NCBI GenBank assembly: GCA_040767965.1
Contig: JAXGNR010000006.1
Coordinates: 155,178 to 219,177, forward strand
DNA length: 64,000 nucleotides
Direction: 5' to 3'
Source: Atribacterota bacterium
GTDB taxonomy: Bacteria; Atribacterota; Phoenicimicrobiia; Phoenicimicrobiales; Stramentimicrobiaceae
In this document: piece by piece, positions 39,051 to 48,397 of the stretch
Layout of the letters: every line of letters begins with the position of its first letter
How positions within the stretch are numbered: the first letter of the stretch is position 1
The notes under the pieces: generated by a model
Database searches by the model: none
The model's input: only the letters and a program-made list of their open reading frames with translations
What the model was told of the DNA's origin: nothing
Position numbers and translations under genes: made by a program

Positions 39051-40352
39051 TTAAGATGCTAGCCATTTAAGCTGGCTGGAATATAAAATTATCAATACAC
39101 CGATTATAGAAATTGTAATTGCAGGAACAATTAACATTTTGTAAAATCTTATCAATGGCTCGTCGTATTTAGTTACAATTATTGCAGCATTACCAACAAT
39201 AGCTGATGGCGGACACAAGGTAGCCAAAGAACAGATAAAAGCAATTCCTGCTGTTTCCACAATCGGATTAGTACCTAACAATGCCAGCATCAACGGAACT
39301 CCAAAAGCAGCTGCAGAACCATAAGTTCCTAAAACGCTTCCAGATAATGGAAGACCAATCATTAAAGCAATATAAACCAGAACCCTTGGTGCAGTTAGCG
39401 CTGAGATAACAAAAAGACCCCTTACTCCAGTTAAAGTCATAATTTGAACCAATGCTCCAACAGAAATTAAAATAGCACAAACAGGCAAAACTTCCTTTAA
39501 GGATAATTTTGTATTTCCGATAATGTCTATTTTTTTGGAAACAATCAAGGCAGGTATAGATCCTATTACAAAGATAAGGGGATTACCAAGAATGGGCAGT
39601 ATTCCAGGGAAAGTACTCTGAAAGATAAATATTGTCATAACTAAAATAATAGGGAAATACGCACCGAACCTACCTAGCCTTATTGATCCTTCTGGTATTT
39701 TATCAAGAATAGGTTGAGGATCAATACTTCTTTCCACATACTTTGCTCCGTAAAATAATGCAAATATTATCCCTAAAGGAATAGTTAGTATGATTAGAGG
39801 TAGAAAAAATCCCATATATGGCATATTAATACCATTAGAAATTATCATTGCTGGTATATTGATAGGAGGAGCACTGAGGCCAAGAATCCCGCCTATGGAT
39901 ATAAATGCCGTCACATTACGTTTAGGAAGACCAAGATGAGTAAGTATGGTCCCAATGGTTCCACCTACTGCCATAACAGCAGCAGTTCCTGAGCCGGTAA
40001 ATGCGCCTGGCAGCATGACAAAAAACATTAAAATAATAAGCATTAAAGGGGTAGAACGGGAAAAACCACTGATTATATCTCTTACAATAATGTTCATTGC
40101 CCCAGATTCTCTTTGAATAACAATAAAGATGGAGGCAGTGATTATAATAGCTACAATATCTAAAAAGGTGAACAACCCTTCAACTAGATGGGTAATCGGA
40201 ACACCTTCTCCCGCAACCAAGGCTCCTACAAGAGCAGCAAAGATAATATATAAACCAATGGGGATTTTCCTCTTATTACCCCACCAGTATGTCACAAAAA
40301 AACTCGCAATCATGACTATAAATATCAAAAAAGTATAAGCTGTTTGAGACAT
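39051..40352 (-). CDS. DctM-like (TRAP large subunit / ion transporter superfamily) permease
   Basis: About 12 TM segments; MLPGAFTGSGTAAV, GLSAPPINIPAMII, ATLCPPSAIVG hairpin motifs; GGAGG RBS. Confidence 0.8.
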   Translation of the reverse strand: MSQTAYTFLIFIVMIASFFVTYWWGNKRKIPIGLYIIFAALVGALVAGEGVPITHLVEGLFTFLDIVAIIITASIFIVIQRESGAMNIIVRDIISGFSRSTPLMLIILMFFVMLPGAFTGSGTAAVMAVGGTIGTILTHLGLPKRNVTAFISIGGILGLSAPPINIPAMIISNGINMPYMGFFLPLIILTIPLGIIFALFYGAKYVERSIDPQPILDKIPEGSIRLGRFGAYFPIILVMTIFIFQSTFPGILPILGNPLIFVIGSIPALIVSKKIDIIGNTKLSLKEVLPVCAILISVGALVQIMTLTGVRGLFVISALTAPRVLVYIALMIGLPLSGSVLGTYGSAAAFGVPLMLALLGTNPIVETAGIAFICSLATLCPPSAIVGNAAIIVTKYDEPLIRFYKMLIVPAITISIIGVLIILYSSQLKWLAS

Positions 40353-40562
40353 ATGAAACCTCCGTAAAACTAGGCATTTTAAAAAATAACAATTTCTTTC
40401 TTTTTTTGGTATTAAAATAAAGTTTCCAGGTAGAATATTTCAAAATAATCAGAGAATAAATTTCAGGAAAAACAGGTTAATATCTTTTTTACCTAATAAA
40501 TAGTTAATTTTTCAAAAAATTTAAATTTAATTAAGTTGATTATATTTAAAATTATCTCCAAC

Positions 40563-41144
40563 TTATTCTACATCTGCCTGGAATACCTTTTGCAATACTC
40601 CACCTACTTCAGGAGTAGTAGTTACCACTACCAAAGGAATATTCTTATCCTTTGAAAGATTACTGAAATAACCATCCTTGTTTCCTTCTTCAGTGACTAT
40701 AAGTCCCTTTGTTCTGGGAGCTACCAGATCAATAAACTGCTGGGAAAGAGGTCCTCTTCTGCCTTCTCCTCCAATATGGATCCCCAAAACTAATATACCC
40801 TGCTTTATTGCTTCATCTATTATTTTTGTTGATCTTTCCAGTTCAAATTTTTCATCAATTCCTGCTGCTCCTAATCCTTTAGTACTTCCACCCATAACTA
40901 TGATTAGGGTCTTAATATCTTTAATCTCATCAACATTAACAAGTCCATTATAGGAAGATTCTATTTTTGCCCTATCCAGTAAAACCTTAACAACAAAGGC
41001 ATCAGGGCTTTGTCCGCTGGAAGTTAATAAAATTGGCAATTCACCTTTCGGAAGCTCCTGGGCACAAGAAAAGCTAGTTATAATGCCAAAAAAAAGTAAA
41101 GTAAAAACAATAACTTTAAAATATTTATTGATAAATTTTCTCAT
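40563..41144 (-). CDS. DUF6305-like exported protein
   Basis: Signal peptide, then ILLTSSGQSPD, VMGGSTKGLGAAGID...E..R, HIGGEGRRG.LS, GNKDGYF. Confidence 0.8.
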   Translation of the reverse strand: MRKFINKYFKVIVFTLLFFGIITSFSCAQELPKGELPILLTSSGQSPDAFVVKVLLDRAKIESSYNGLVNVDEIKDIKTLIIVMGGSTKGLGAAGIDEKFELERSTKIIDEAIKQGILVLGIHIGGEGRRGPLSQQFIDLVAPRTKGLIVTEEGNKDGYFSNLSKDKNIPLVVVTTTPEVGGVLQKVFQADVE

Positions 41145-41170
41145 AATTTCTTTCTCCTTCTTTAGAATAT

Positions 41171-41205
41171 CTGCTGGAGATCAAAATGATTTTGGTCTCC
41201 AGCAG
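41171..41205. other. GC-rich stem-loop between ggt and the DUF6305-like gene (second copy at 43982-44016)
   Basis: CTGCTGGAGATCAAAAT-g-ATTTTGGTCTCCAGCAG; no U-tract in the minus-strand transcription direction. Confidence 0.7.
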
Positions 41206-41241
41206 CAAAATATGTTTAACAGTATCAGTATAGTTGAATAT

Positions 41242-43113
41242 CTACCAGCCTATGGCATAGCCTCCCCCTCTAGGATCAGAACCGGCTTCCCAGGTTTTAT
41301 GTTCTGGATGTATTAAAATACCATGCGCCATATTTCCTCCACCAAATTCAGGAAGTATTGAAACTTTATGTCCTTTTTCCTCTAATTCTTTAGCTATTTC
41401 TTCAGGTATTCTAGATTCCAATCTAAGAGTAGTATCAGCCCCAGGCAGGTAAAAATTCGGTTGAGCAGTAACTTCACAACGAGCAGCATCAATAGCTTCC
41501 TGGATTCCCATACCAAAATCAATTACATTAAGCAGAATCTGGAAAGTCACCTGGCCAATTGTTTCTCCTCCTGCAACACCATAGAGCATAAATAATTCTC
41601 CATCTTTCATAATCATGGTTGGGGCATTGCCTAAAAGAGATATTTTTCCACCTTTAATAACATTAACATTATCTTCATATGGTGCAACAGAACCTACTCT
41701 TGTTCCATTATTAAATAACAAACCTGTATTACCTACGATCACTTTTGTACCATGAAGATCTCCATGTGTAGGAGTAGATGAAACTGCATTTCCAAACCTG
41801 TCCACAACATTGAAATTAGTTGTAAAGCAGACTTCCTCAACATCTTCTTCTGTAAAATCATTATTATAAGCCGTTGTAAAGCTTTGTATAGAAGTTTTCA
41901 TCTGGGCAACTGCCTTTAGCTCTTCCGGAATCCCGGGACCAGGATAAGTCATTGCTTTTTCCATGTCAATCAATTCTCTTCTTACATCTGCATATTCCTT
42001 GGAAAGCATGGCTTCAGTTGGTATGTCAACAAAAGCTTCATCGGCAACATATTGATAGATATCAGCTTTAGCTAATTTAATACACTCTGCTACCAGGTGC
42101 CAATAATCAGAGGTATTATATCCAATTTCCTGTAAATCAAATCCTTCAATCAGGTTAGCCTGCATCGTAAGCTCATAGCCAGATCGTGAAGTTGATGGTG
42201 TAGTATAAATATCATACCCACGGTAATTAATATGCAATGGCTCTTTCCAGATAGGCTCATAATCTGCAAAATCCTTTAGAGTAAAAAGGCCATCATTTTC
42301 CTGATAGAACTGTACAACATCCTGTGCAATATCCCCTTTATAGAAACGGTCATAGGCTGCCTGCAAAGCCTCATTTCTGGATTTGCCCTGGGCTAAAGCC
42401 ATTTGTTCGGCAGCTACCAGTTTTTTAAAGGTGTTAGCCAAATCTTTCATGTAAATCATTTCACCTATTTCCGGCAATCTTCCATTAGGCATAAAAACTC
42501 GGGCTGAAGTAGGAAAAATAGCGATAATGCTTTCACTATTTTTAAACCAGGCATACATAACCTCACTAACCGGCTGACCATTTTCGGCATAGTCTATAGC
42601 TCTTTCTAAAACTTCAGCTAAACTCATGGTACCAAATTTCTGCATGGCCTGGATCCATCCACCAAAAACTCCCGGTACACAGCCTGCCTTATAGCCCATA
42701 GCTAAATCTTCAGGAGTGTGTATTTTTGGATCAACAGCATAGGGAACAGCACCAGTCATATTAATATTATAAACTTTATTTTCAGGCGCCCAATATATTG
42801 TAGCAAATCCATTCCCATCTAAACCAGTCATAGCCGGATCTACTACCTGTAAAACAGCATTTACGGCTACAGCTGCATCAATAGCATTGCCTCCTTTCAT
42901 GAGTATCTGAACACCTGCTTGAGAGGAAAAAGCATTGACCGAGCTGACCAACCCATATTTTCCTATAACACCAGGCCTGGTATTCAACTCTCCTAGATAC
43001 GATGTTTTAATTGCTCTAGCACTTACAGTTAAAACAGGGAGAGCAGCCACAAGTACAAAAATAGTAGATAAGATAAAAATATATACTATTTTATTTAATT
43101 TTCTTTCATTCAT
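41242..43113 (-). CDS. ggt: gamma-glutamyltransferase family protein (Ntn hydrolase), paralog 1, exported
   Basis: GGNAIDAAVA, CVPG, autoprocessing site FTTNFNVVDRFGNAVS, oxyanion GVAGG, C-terminal GSDPRGGGYAIGW; signal peptide. Confidence 0.92.
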   Translation of the reverse strand: MNERKLNKIVYIFILSTIFVLVAALPVLTVSARAIKTSYLGELNTRPGVIGKYGLVSSVNAFSSQAGVQILMKGGNAIDAAVAVNAVLQVVDPAMTGLDGNGFATIYWAPENKVYNINMTGAVPYAVDPKIHTPEDLAMGYKAGCVPGVFGGWIQAMQKFGTMSLAEVLERAIDYAENGQPVSEVMYAWFKNSESIIAIFPTSARVFMPNGRLPEIGEMIYMKDLANTFKKLVAAEQMALAQGKSRNEALQAAYDRFYKGDIAQDVVQFYQENDGLFTLKDFADYEPIWKEPLHINYRGYDIYTTPSTSRSGYELTMQANLIEGFDLQEIGYNTSDYWHLVAECIKLAKADIYQYVADEAFVDIPTEAMLSKEYADVRRELIDMEKAMTYPGPGIPEELKAVAQMKTSIQSFTTAYNNDFTEEDVEEVCFTTNFNVVDRFGNAVSSTPTHGDLHGTKVIVGNTGLLFNNGTRVGSVAPYEDNVNVIKGGKISLLGNAPTMIMKDGELFMLYGVAGGETIGQVTFQILLNVIDFGMGIQEAIDAARCEVTAQPNFYLPGADTTLRLESRIPEEIAKELEEKGHKVSILPEFGGGNMAHGILIHPEHKTWEAGSDPRGGGYAIGW

Positions 43114-43357
43114 TTTTATTATCCCCCTTTATTATTAAATTAACTTTCACAAATCAGATGTCTTAACTTATGATTTGTACTTAAGTGCTATTAATTTTTA
43201 TTAAAACTCCTAAATCACTCCTTCTGTGTTTTATATTTATCAAAATAAATATTTTTTATAAATAGTTTATTTTAATACAACATTTTATAATTATTAATAT
43301 TTATAAAAACAAAATAAAAATAAAGATTGAGTTATGAAAAAGTTTCTTCTTAAAAAG

Positions 43358-44069
43358 AAATTATCTCCAACTTATTCTACATCTTGCCTGGAATACCTTT
43401 TGCAATACTCCACCTACTTCAGGAGTAGTAGTTACCACTACCAAAGGAATATTCTTATCCTTTGAAAGATTACTGAAATAACCATCCTTGTTTCCTTCTT
43501 CAGTGACTATAAGTCCCTTTGTTCTGGGAGCTACCAGATCAATAAATGCTGGGAAAAGAGGTCCTCTTCTGCCTTCTCCTCCAATATGGATCCCCAAAAC
43601 TAATATACCCTGCTTTATTGCTTCATCTATTATTTTTGTTGATCTTTCCAGTTCAAATTTTTCATCAATTCCTGCTGCTCCTAATCCTTTAGTACTTCCA
43701 CCCATAACTATGATTAGGGTCTTAATATCTTTAATCTCATCAACATTAACAAGTCCATTATAGGAAGATTCTATTTTTGCCTATCCAGTAAAACCTTAAC
43801 AACAAAGGCATCAGGGCTTTGTCCGCTGGAAGTTAATAAAATTGGCAATTCACCTTTCGGAAGCTCCTAAGGCACAAGAAAAGCTAGTTATAATGCCAAA
43901 AAAAAGTAAAAGTAAAAACAATAACTTTAAAATATTTATTGATAAATTTTCTCATAATTTCTTTCTCCTTCTTTAGAATATCTGCTGGAGATCAAAATGA
44001 TTTTGGTCTCCAGCAGCAAAATATGTTTAACAGTATCAGTATAGTTGAATATCTACCAGCTATGGCATA
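43358..44069. repeat. ~712-bp direct repeat, copy 2
   Basis: Same as 40549-41259 except indels near 43385, 43546, 43556, 43781, 43869, 43910 and 44060. Confidence 0.95.
43372..43955 (-). pseudogene. second copy of the DUF6305-like gene, frameshifted as written (likely sequence errors)
   Basis: Nucleotide copy of 40563-41144 with six indel events; the track ORF 43361-43705 is a fragment of it. Confidence 0.85.
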
Positions 44070-45863
44070 ACCTTCTCTTCTAGGATCAGCACCGGCAGTC
44101 CATGTTCCGAACTCAGGATGAATTATAATCCCCTGCATACCGCCAACACTACTGGTAAATTCCGGGTATAGTCTGATTGTATGACCTTTGGCTTCAAATT
44201 CTTTAATCACTTCTTCAGGTATTCTGGACTCTAATCCTACAGTAATTGCTGCTCCAGGAGTATAAAAATCAGGATTTGCACTGAGAGTTCCTCTTGGAGC
44301 TTCTATAGCATCCTGGATTCCCATACCAAAATCAACAACATTGAGTAATACCTGGAAGGTAGTTTGGCCAATTCCTTCTCCGCCCGGAGTTCCGTAAATC
44401 ATAAAAGGCTTTCCATCTTTCATGACAACAGCAGGGCCATTACCCAGTAAGGATATTTTTCCTCCCTCAAGATAATTGACATTGTCTTCATACGGGGCAA
44501 TAGAACCATATCTAGTGCCATTATTGAATAATAATCCTGTATTTCCAACTACTACCCTGGTACCAAAGAAACTACCATGAGTAGGAGTAACTCCAACTGC
44601 ATTGCCAAAACTGTCAATAACTTCGAAGTTGGTTGTTTCTCCATCATCAATTATTTGTTCCCGGTAGGCAATAGCATTAGATAGTTGAGCTACTGCTTTT
44701 AATTCTTCTGGAACACCTGCTTCAGGAAATTCCATTGCTTTATCCATGTCAATCAATTCTCTTCTTACGTCTGCATATTCCTTTGAAAGCATGGCTTCAG
44801 TGGGTATGTCAACAAAAGCTTCATCGGCAACATATTGATAGATATCAGATTTAGCCAATTTAATTGACTCAAAAACAAGATGTAGATAGTCAGCACTGTT
44901 GTGACCAAGAGCCTGTAGATCAAAACCTTCTATCAGATTTAGCTGCATACAAACCTCGTAGCCTGTTCTGGAAGTGGAAGGACTGATAAAGACATCATAT
45001 CCTCTATAATTGGTGTGTAATGGTTCTTTCCAGACTGGCTTGTAATCAGCAAGGTCTTCAGCTGTGAAAAACCCACCATTTTCTTGGTAAAATCTTACAA
45101 TCTCCTGGGCAATATCACCAGTGTAGAAACGGTCATAGGCTGCCTGTAAAGCCTCATTTCTGGATTTTCCCTGTGCTAAAGCCATTTGTTCGGCAGCTAC
45201 CAGTTTTCTATAAGTATTAGCCAGGTCTTTCATGTAAAACATTTCTCCCACTGCAGGTACTTTGCCTCCCGGCAGGAAAACTCTAGCACTAGTTGGATAT
45301 AATTCAAAATTAATTTTATTTGATTCTATGTTGCTTTGAAAAACCGGTGTTACCGGGAACCCGTTTTCTGCATAGTTAATGGCACTTTCCATAACTTCTG
45401 CCAGGCTCATGGTGCCAAACTTCTGCATAGTTTCAATCCATCCACCAAAAACTCCTGGTACACAGCCTGCTTTATAGCCTATATCCACTTCCTCTTTGGT
45501 AAGATTTTTCAAATCAGCAGCATAAGGAACTGCTCCAGTCATTCCCACTGAATAAACTTTATTTTCAGGAGCCCAGTAAATTGTGGCAAATCCATTTCCA
45601 TCTAAGCCTGATGCATGAAACTCTACCACATGTAAAGTTGCTGCTACTGCTACTGCTGCGTCAATGGCATTACCTCCTTTTTTAAGGATATCTAATCCAG
45701 CCTGAGAAGCTAGTGAATTGGCTGAAGTAACTAACCCTTCCACGCCCACAACGGCTGGTCTATAAGCAGCAATTGAAGTAGCTGCAAATAAAGAAAAACA
45801 AACTACTATTATCAGTAAGCAAAAAATATTTAGGTTTTTTTTAGAGAACTTACTTTTATACAT
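44053..45863 (-). CDS. ggt: gamma-glutamyltransferase family protein, paralog 2, exported
   Basis: GGNAIDAAVA, DGETTNFEVIDSFGNAVG, GTPGG, GADPRREGYAI. One missing base near 44060 turns the shared ...YAIGW* end (stop at 44053) into a read-through to 43992. Confidence 0.9.
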
Positions 45864-46018
45864 AACCTGTTACTCCTTAAATCTTTTAATTAATTAATTT
45901 TTTTATAATCTCTAAATTTATACTTTTTTATTTGTTAATAATCACCTCCAATTTTACCGGCTAAAATTTATTATTTGTTTCAAAAATGCAAATTCCAAGA
46001 ATTTTCTTTATCTATGAG

Positions 46019-47844
46019 CTACCAGCCAATAGCGTATGCTTCACCTCTTGGATCTGCACCAGCTGTCCAGGTACCATGTTCTTGATCTATTAAAATTGCT
46101 TGAACCATATTTCCGCCTCCTAATTCACCAACAACTGATACTGAGTGACCTTTAGAGGCAAGTTCTTTTATTACCTCTTCTGGCACTCTTGACTCGACAG
46201 CTATGGTAACTTCTGACCCGTGGGTATAAAAATCTACTTTAGACAATACTCTTGTTCTGGGGTCTTCAATTGCTTCCTGAATACTCATACCAAAATCAAT
46301 AACATTGAGTAATGTTTTAAACATTGCCATACTAATGGATTCTCCTCCCGGACTACCAAAAGCCATAAACAGTTTTCCATCTTTTATGACAATAGCAGGA
46401 GCATTTCCCAACAGAGAAATCTTTCCTCCTTCCAGATAATTAACATTATCCGGATAAGGGGCGATAGAACCATACCTGGTGCCGTTATTGAATATTAACC
46501 CGGTTTTACCAATCACGACTCCAGTTCCATAAATATTTCCATGGGTAACTGTAGCAGATAATGCATTCCCAAATCTATCGATAATATCAAAATTGGTAGT
46601 ACATTCACTCTCATAAACTTCACTGTTACTTTTGTCACTTACTTGACCAGCAATACTATATTCCGGGGTAAAACCATAAGCAACTGCCTTTAGCTCTTCC
46701 GGAATCCCGGGACCAGGATAAATCATTGCTTTTTCCATGTCAATCAATTCTCTTCTTATGTCTGCATATTCCTTGGAAAGCATGGCTTCAGTGGGTATAT
46801 CAACAAAAGCTTCATCAGCAACATATTGATAAACATCAGCCTTCGCTAGCTTGATACACTCAGCAAATACATGTAGATAATCAGCACTATTATTACCAAG
46901 AGCCTGCAGGTCAAATCCTTCTATTAAATTCAAGTACATAATTACTTCATAACCACTTCGTGAAGTGGAGGGGCTTATGAAAAGATCGTAACCGCGATAG
47001 TTAGTATGTAACGGCTCTTTCCAGATCGGTTTGTAATCTGCTAAATCTTCTTTTGTAAACAGACCGTCATTTTCCTGGTAAAATCTTACAATCTCCTGTG
47101 CAATGTCCCCGGTATAAAAACGGTCATAGGCTGCCTGTAAAGCTTCATTTCTGGATTTTCCCTGGTCTAAAGCCATTTGTTCAGCAGATCCATTTTCTTG
47201 AAGGTGTTAGCCAGGTCTTTCATGTAAAACATTTCTCCAACTGCAGGTACTTTGCCTTTAGGCAGAAAAACTCGGGAAGTTGTTGGAAATAGTTCTAGAG
47301 TAGTTTTAAATCTTTCTGTCCAGTCATACCAAGCAGAGGTAATCGGGAAGCCTTTTTCCGCATAATTGATGGCACTTTCCATAACATCTGCCAAACTCAT
47401 AGTACCAAATTTTTGCATAGCTTGAATCCATGCCCCAAAAAGTCCCGGGACACATCCTGACTTATAGCCTCTGTCAAGCTCTTCTTTTGATAGTTTACTA
47501 AAGTCTACAGCATAAGGAACTGCTCCAGTACCAGCTATGGAATATACTTTATTTTCAGGAGCCCAGTAAAGAGAAATAAAACCATTCCCATCTAAACCGG
47601 ACATATAATATTCAACAACATTTAATGTAGCAGCTGTAGCTACCGCAGCATCAACAGCATTGCCACCTTTCTGTAAAATATCTAATCCAGCTTGACTGGC
47701 AAGGGAATGAGCAGAAGTAGTTAAGCCATAAACACCAACTATATTAGGTCTATATTGAGCATTAACTGTCAAAGTAAGAATAGATAAAAGTAAGATGAAT
47801 AAAATGAGATTAAACATTTTAGTGCTTAACTTGTTTTTAAACAT
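46019..47844 (-). CDS. ggt: gamma-glutamyltransferase family protein, paralog 3, interrupted by a 1-bp frameshift near 47189
   Basis: Track ORFs 47167-47844 and 46019-47176 are the two parts. Paralogs read KKLVAAEQMALAQG here, and adding one base gives KKMVSAEQMALDQG. ECTTNFDIIDRFGNALS, GSPGG, GADPRGEAYAIGW. Confidence 0.88.
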
Positions 47845-48397
47845 TACGATTTACTCCTTGATTTATTTTAAATTTAATTAATAACCAAGGTGCATCTCTT
47901 TTTTGTAATGATTACTTATTTTGTAGTTTGGTAGTTAGTTATTTTATAATATGAACTTTAGTTCATAAACAGTATTCTTAACCCGGGACATCACCACCTT
48001 AGAAATATGACTGCATTCTGAAAAATGTGAAATGAGGAATTGTATTTTATGAATAAATATTCATTTTGAGTAAATTTTGAGTAAAATAAATTATTACGTA
48101 ATACACGTAATAACCAAAATAACCAAATATATTATTTATTATATTATAAATAATATATTATAAAAAAACAACTATAAATACTTTAAATCTCAAGCGCTTT
48201 TGTAGTTTTAAAACTACTTTGTTATTTAATAATATCTTTTCTTCAGGAAATAGATTGTTATTTTATAGAAAATTAAATAAAAATTTACACTTGAAGTGTA
48301 AGCACTAATAGAAAATAGTACATTTTATAGTAAATTATAGAAACATCAGAAGTTAAAACAAATGTAAAAGTATTTTAGAGATTCAATTTATCTTAAT

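Larger units (their letters stand above)
40549..41259. repeat. ~711-bp direct repeat, copy 1 (ggt 3' end, hairpin, DUF6305-like gene)
   Basis: Matches 43358-44069 at an offset of about 2810 nt; differences are single-base indels only. Confidence 0.95.

Noticed and set aside
41083-41316. 77-aa plus-strand ORF across the ggt1/DUF6305 junction
   Set aside because: Antisense to two real genes, no recognisable motif.
43992-44052. Hydrophobic C-terminal extension on GGT2 (AGRYSTILILLNIFCCWRPKSF) as a membrane anchor
   Set aside because: It is read-through into intergenic repeat sequence caused by one missing base; the other paralogs end YAIGW*.
40549-44069. Direct repeats as insertion-sequence ends or prophage att sites
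   Set aside because: The repeats consist of an ordinary gene plus a ggt tail; no transposase, integrase or terminal inverted repeats are present.
46019-47844. ggt3 as a naturally split two-gene GGT (large and small subunits)
   Set aside because: The break falls in the middle of the large subunit, far from the TTNF autoprocessing site, and one added base restores the paralog sequence.
48063-48127. Short tandem repeats as a CRISPR array or replication origin
   Set aside because: Units are 8-11 bp with no spacers, no cas genes, and no DnaA-box cluster was seen.
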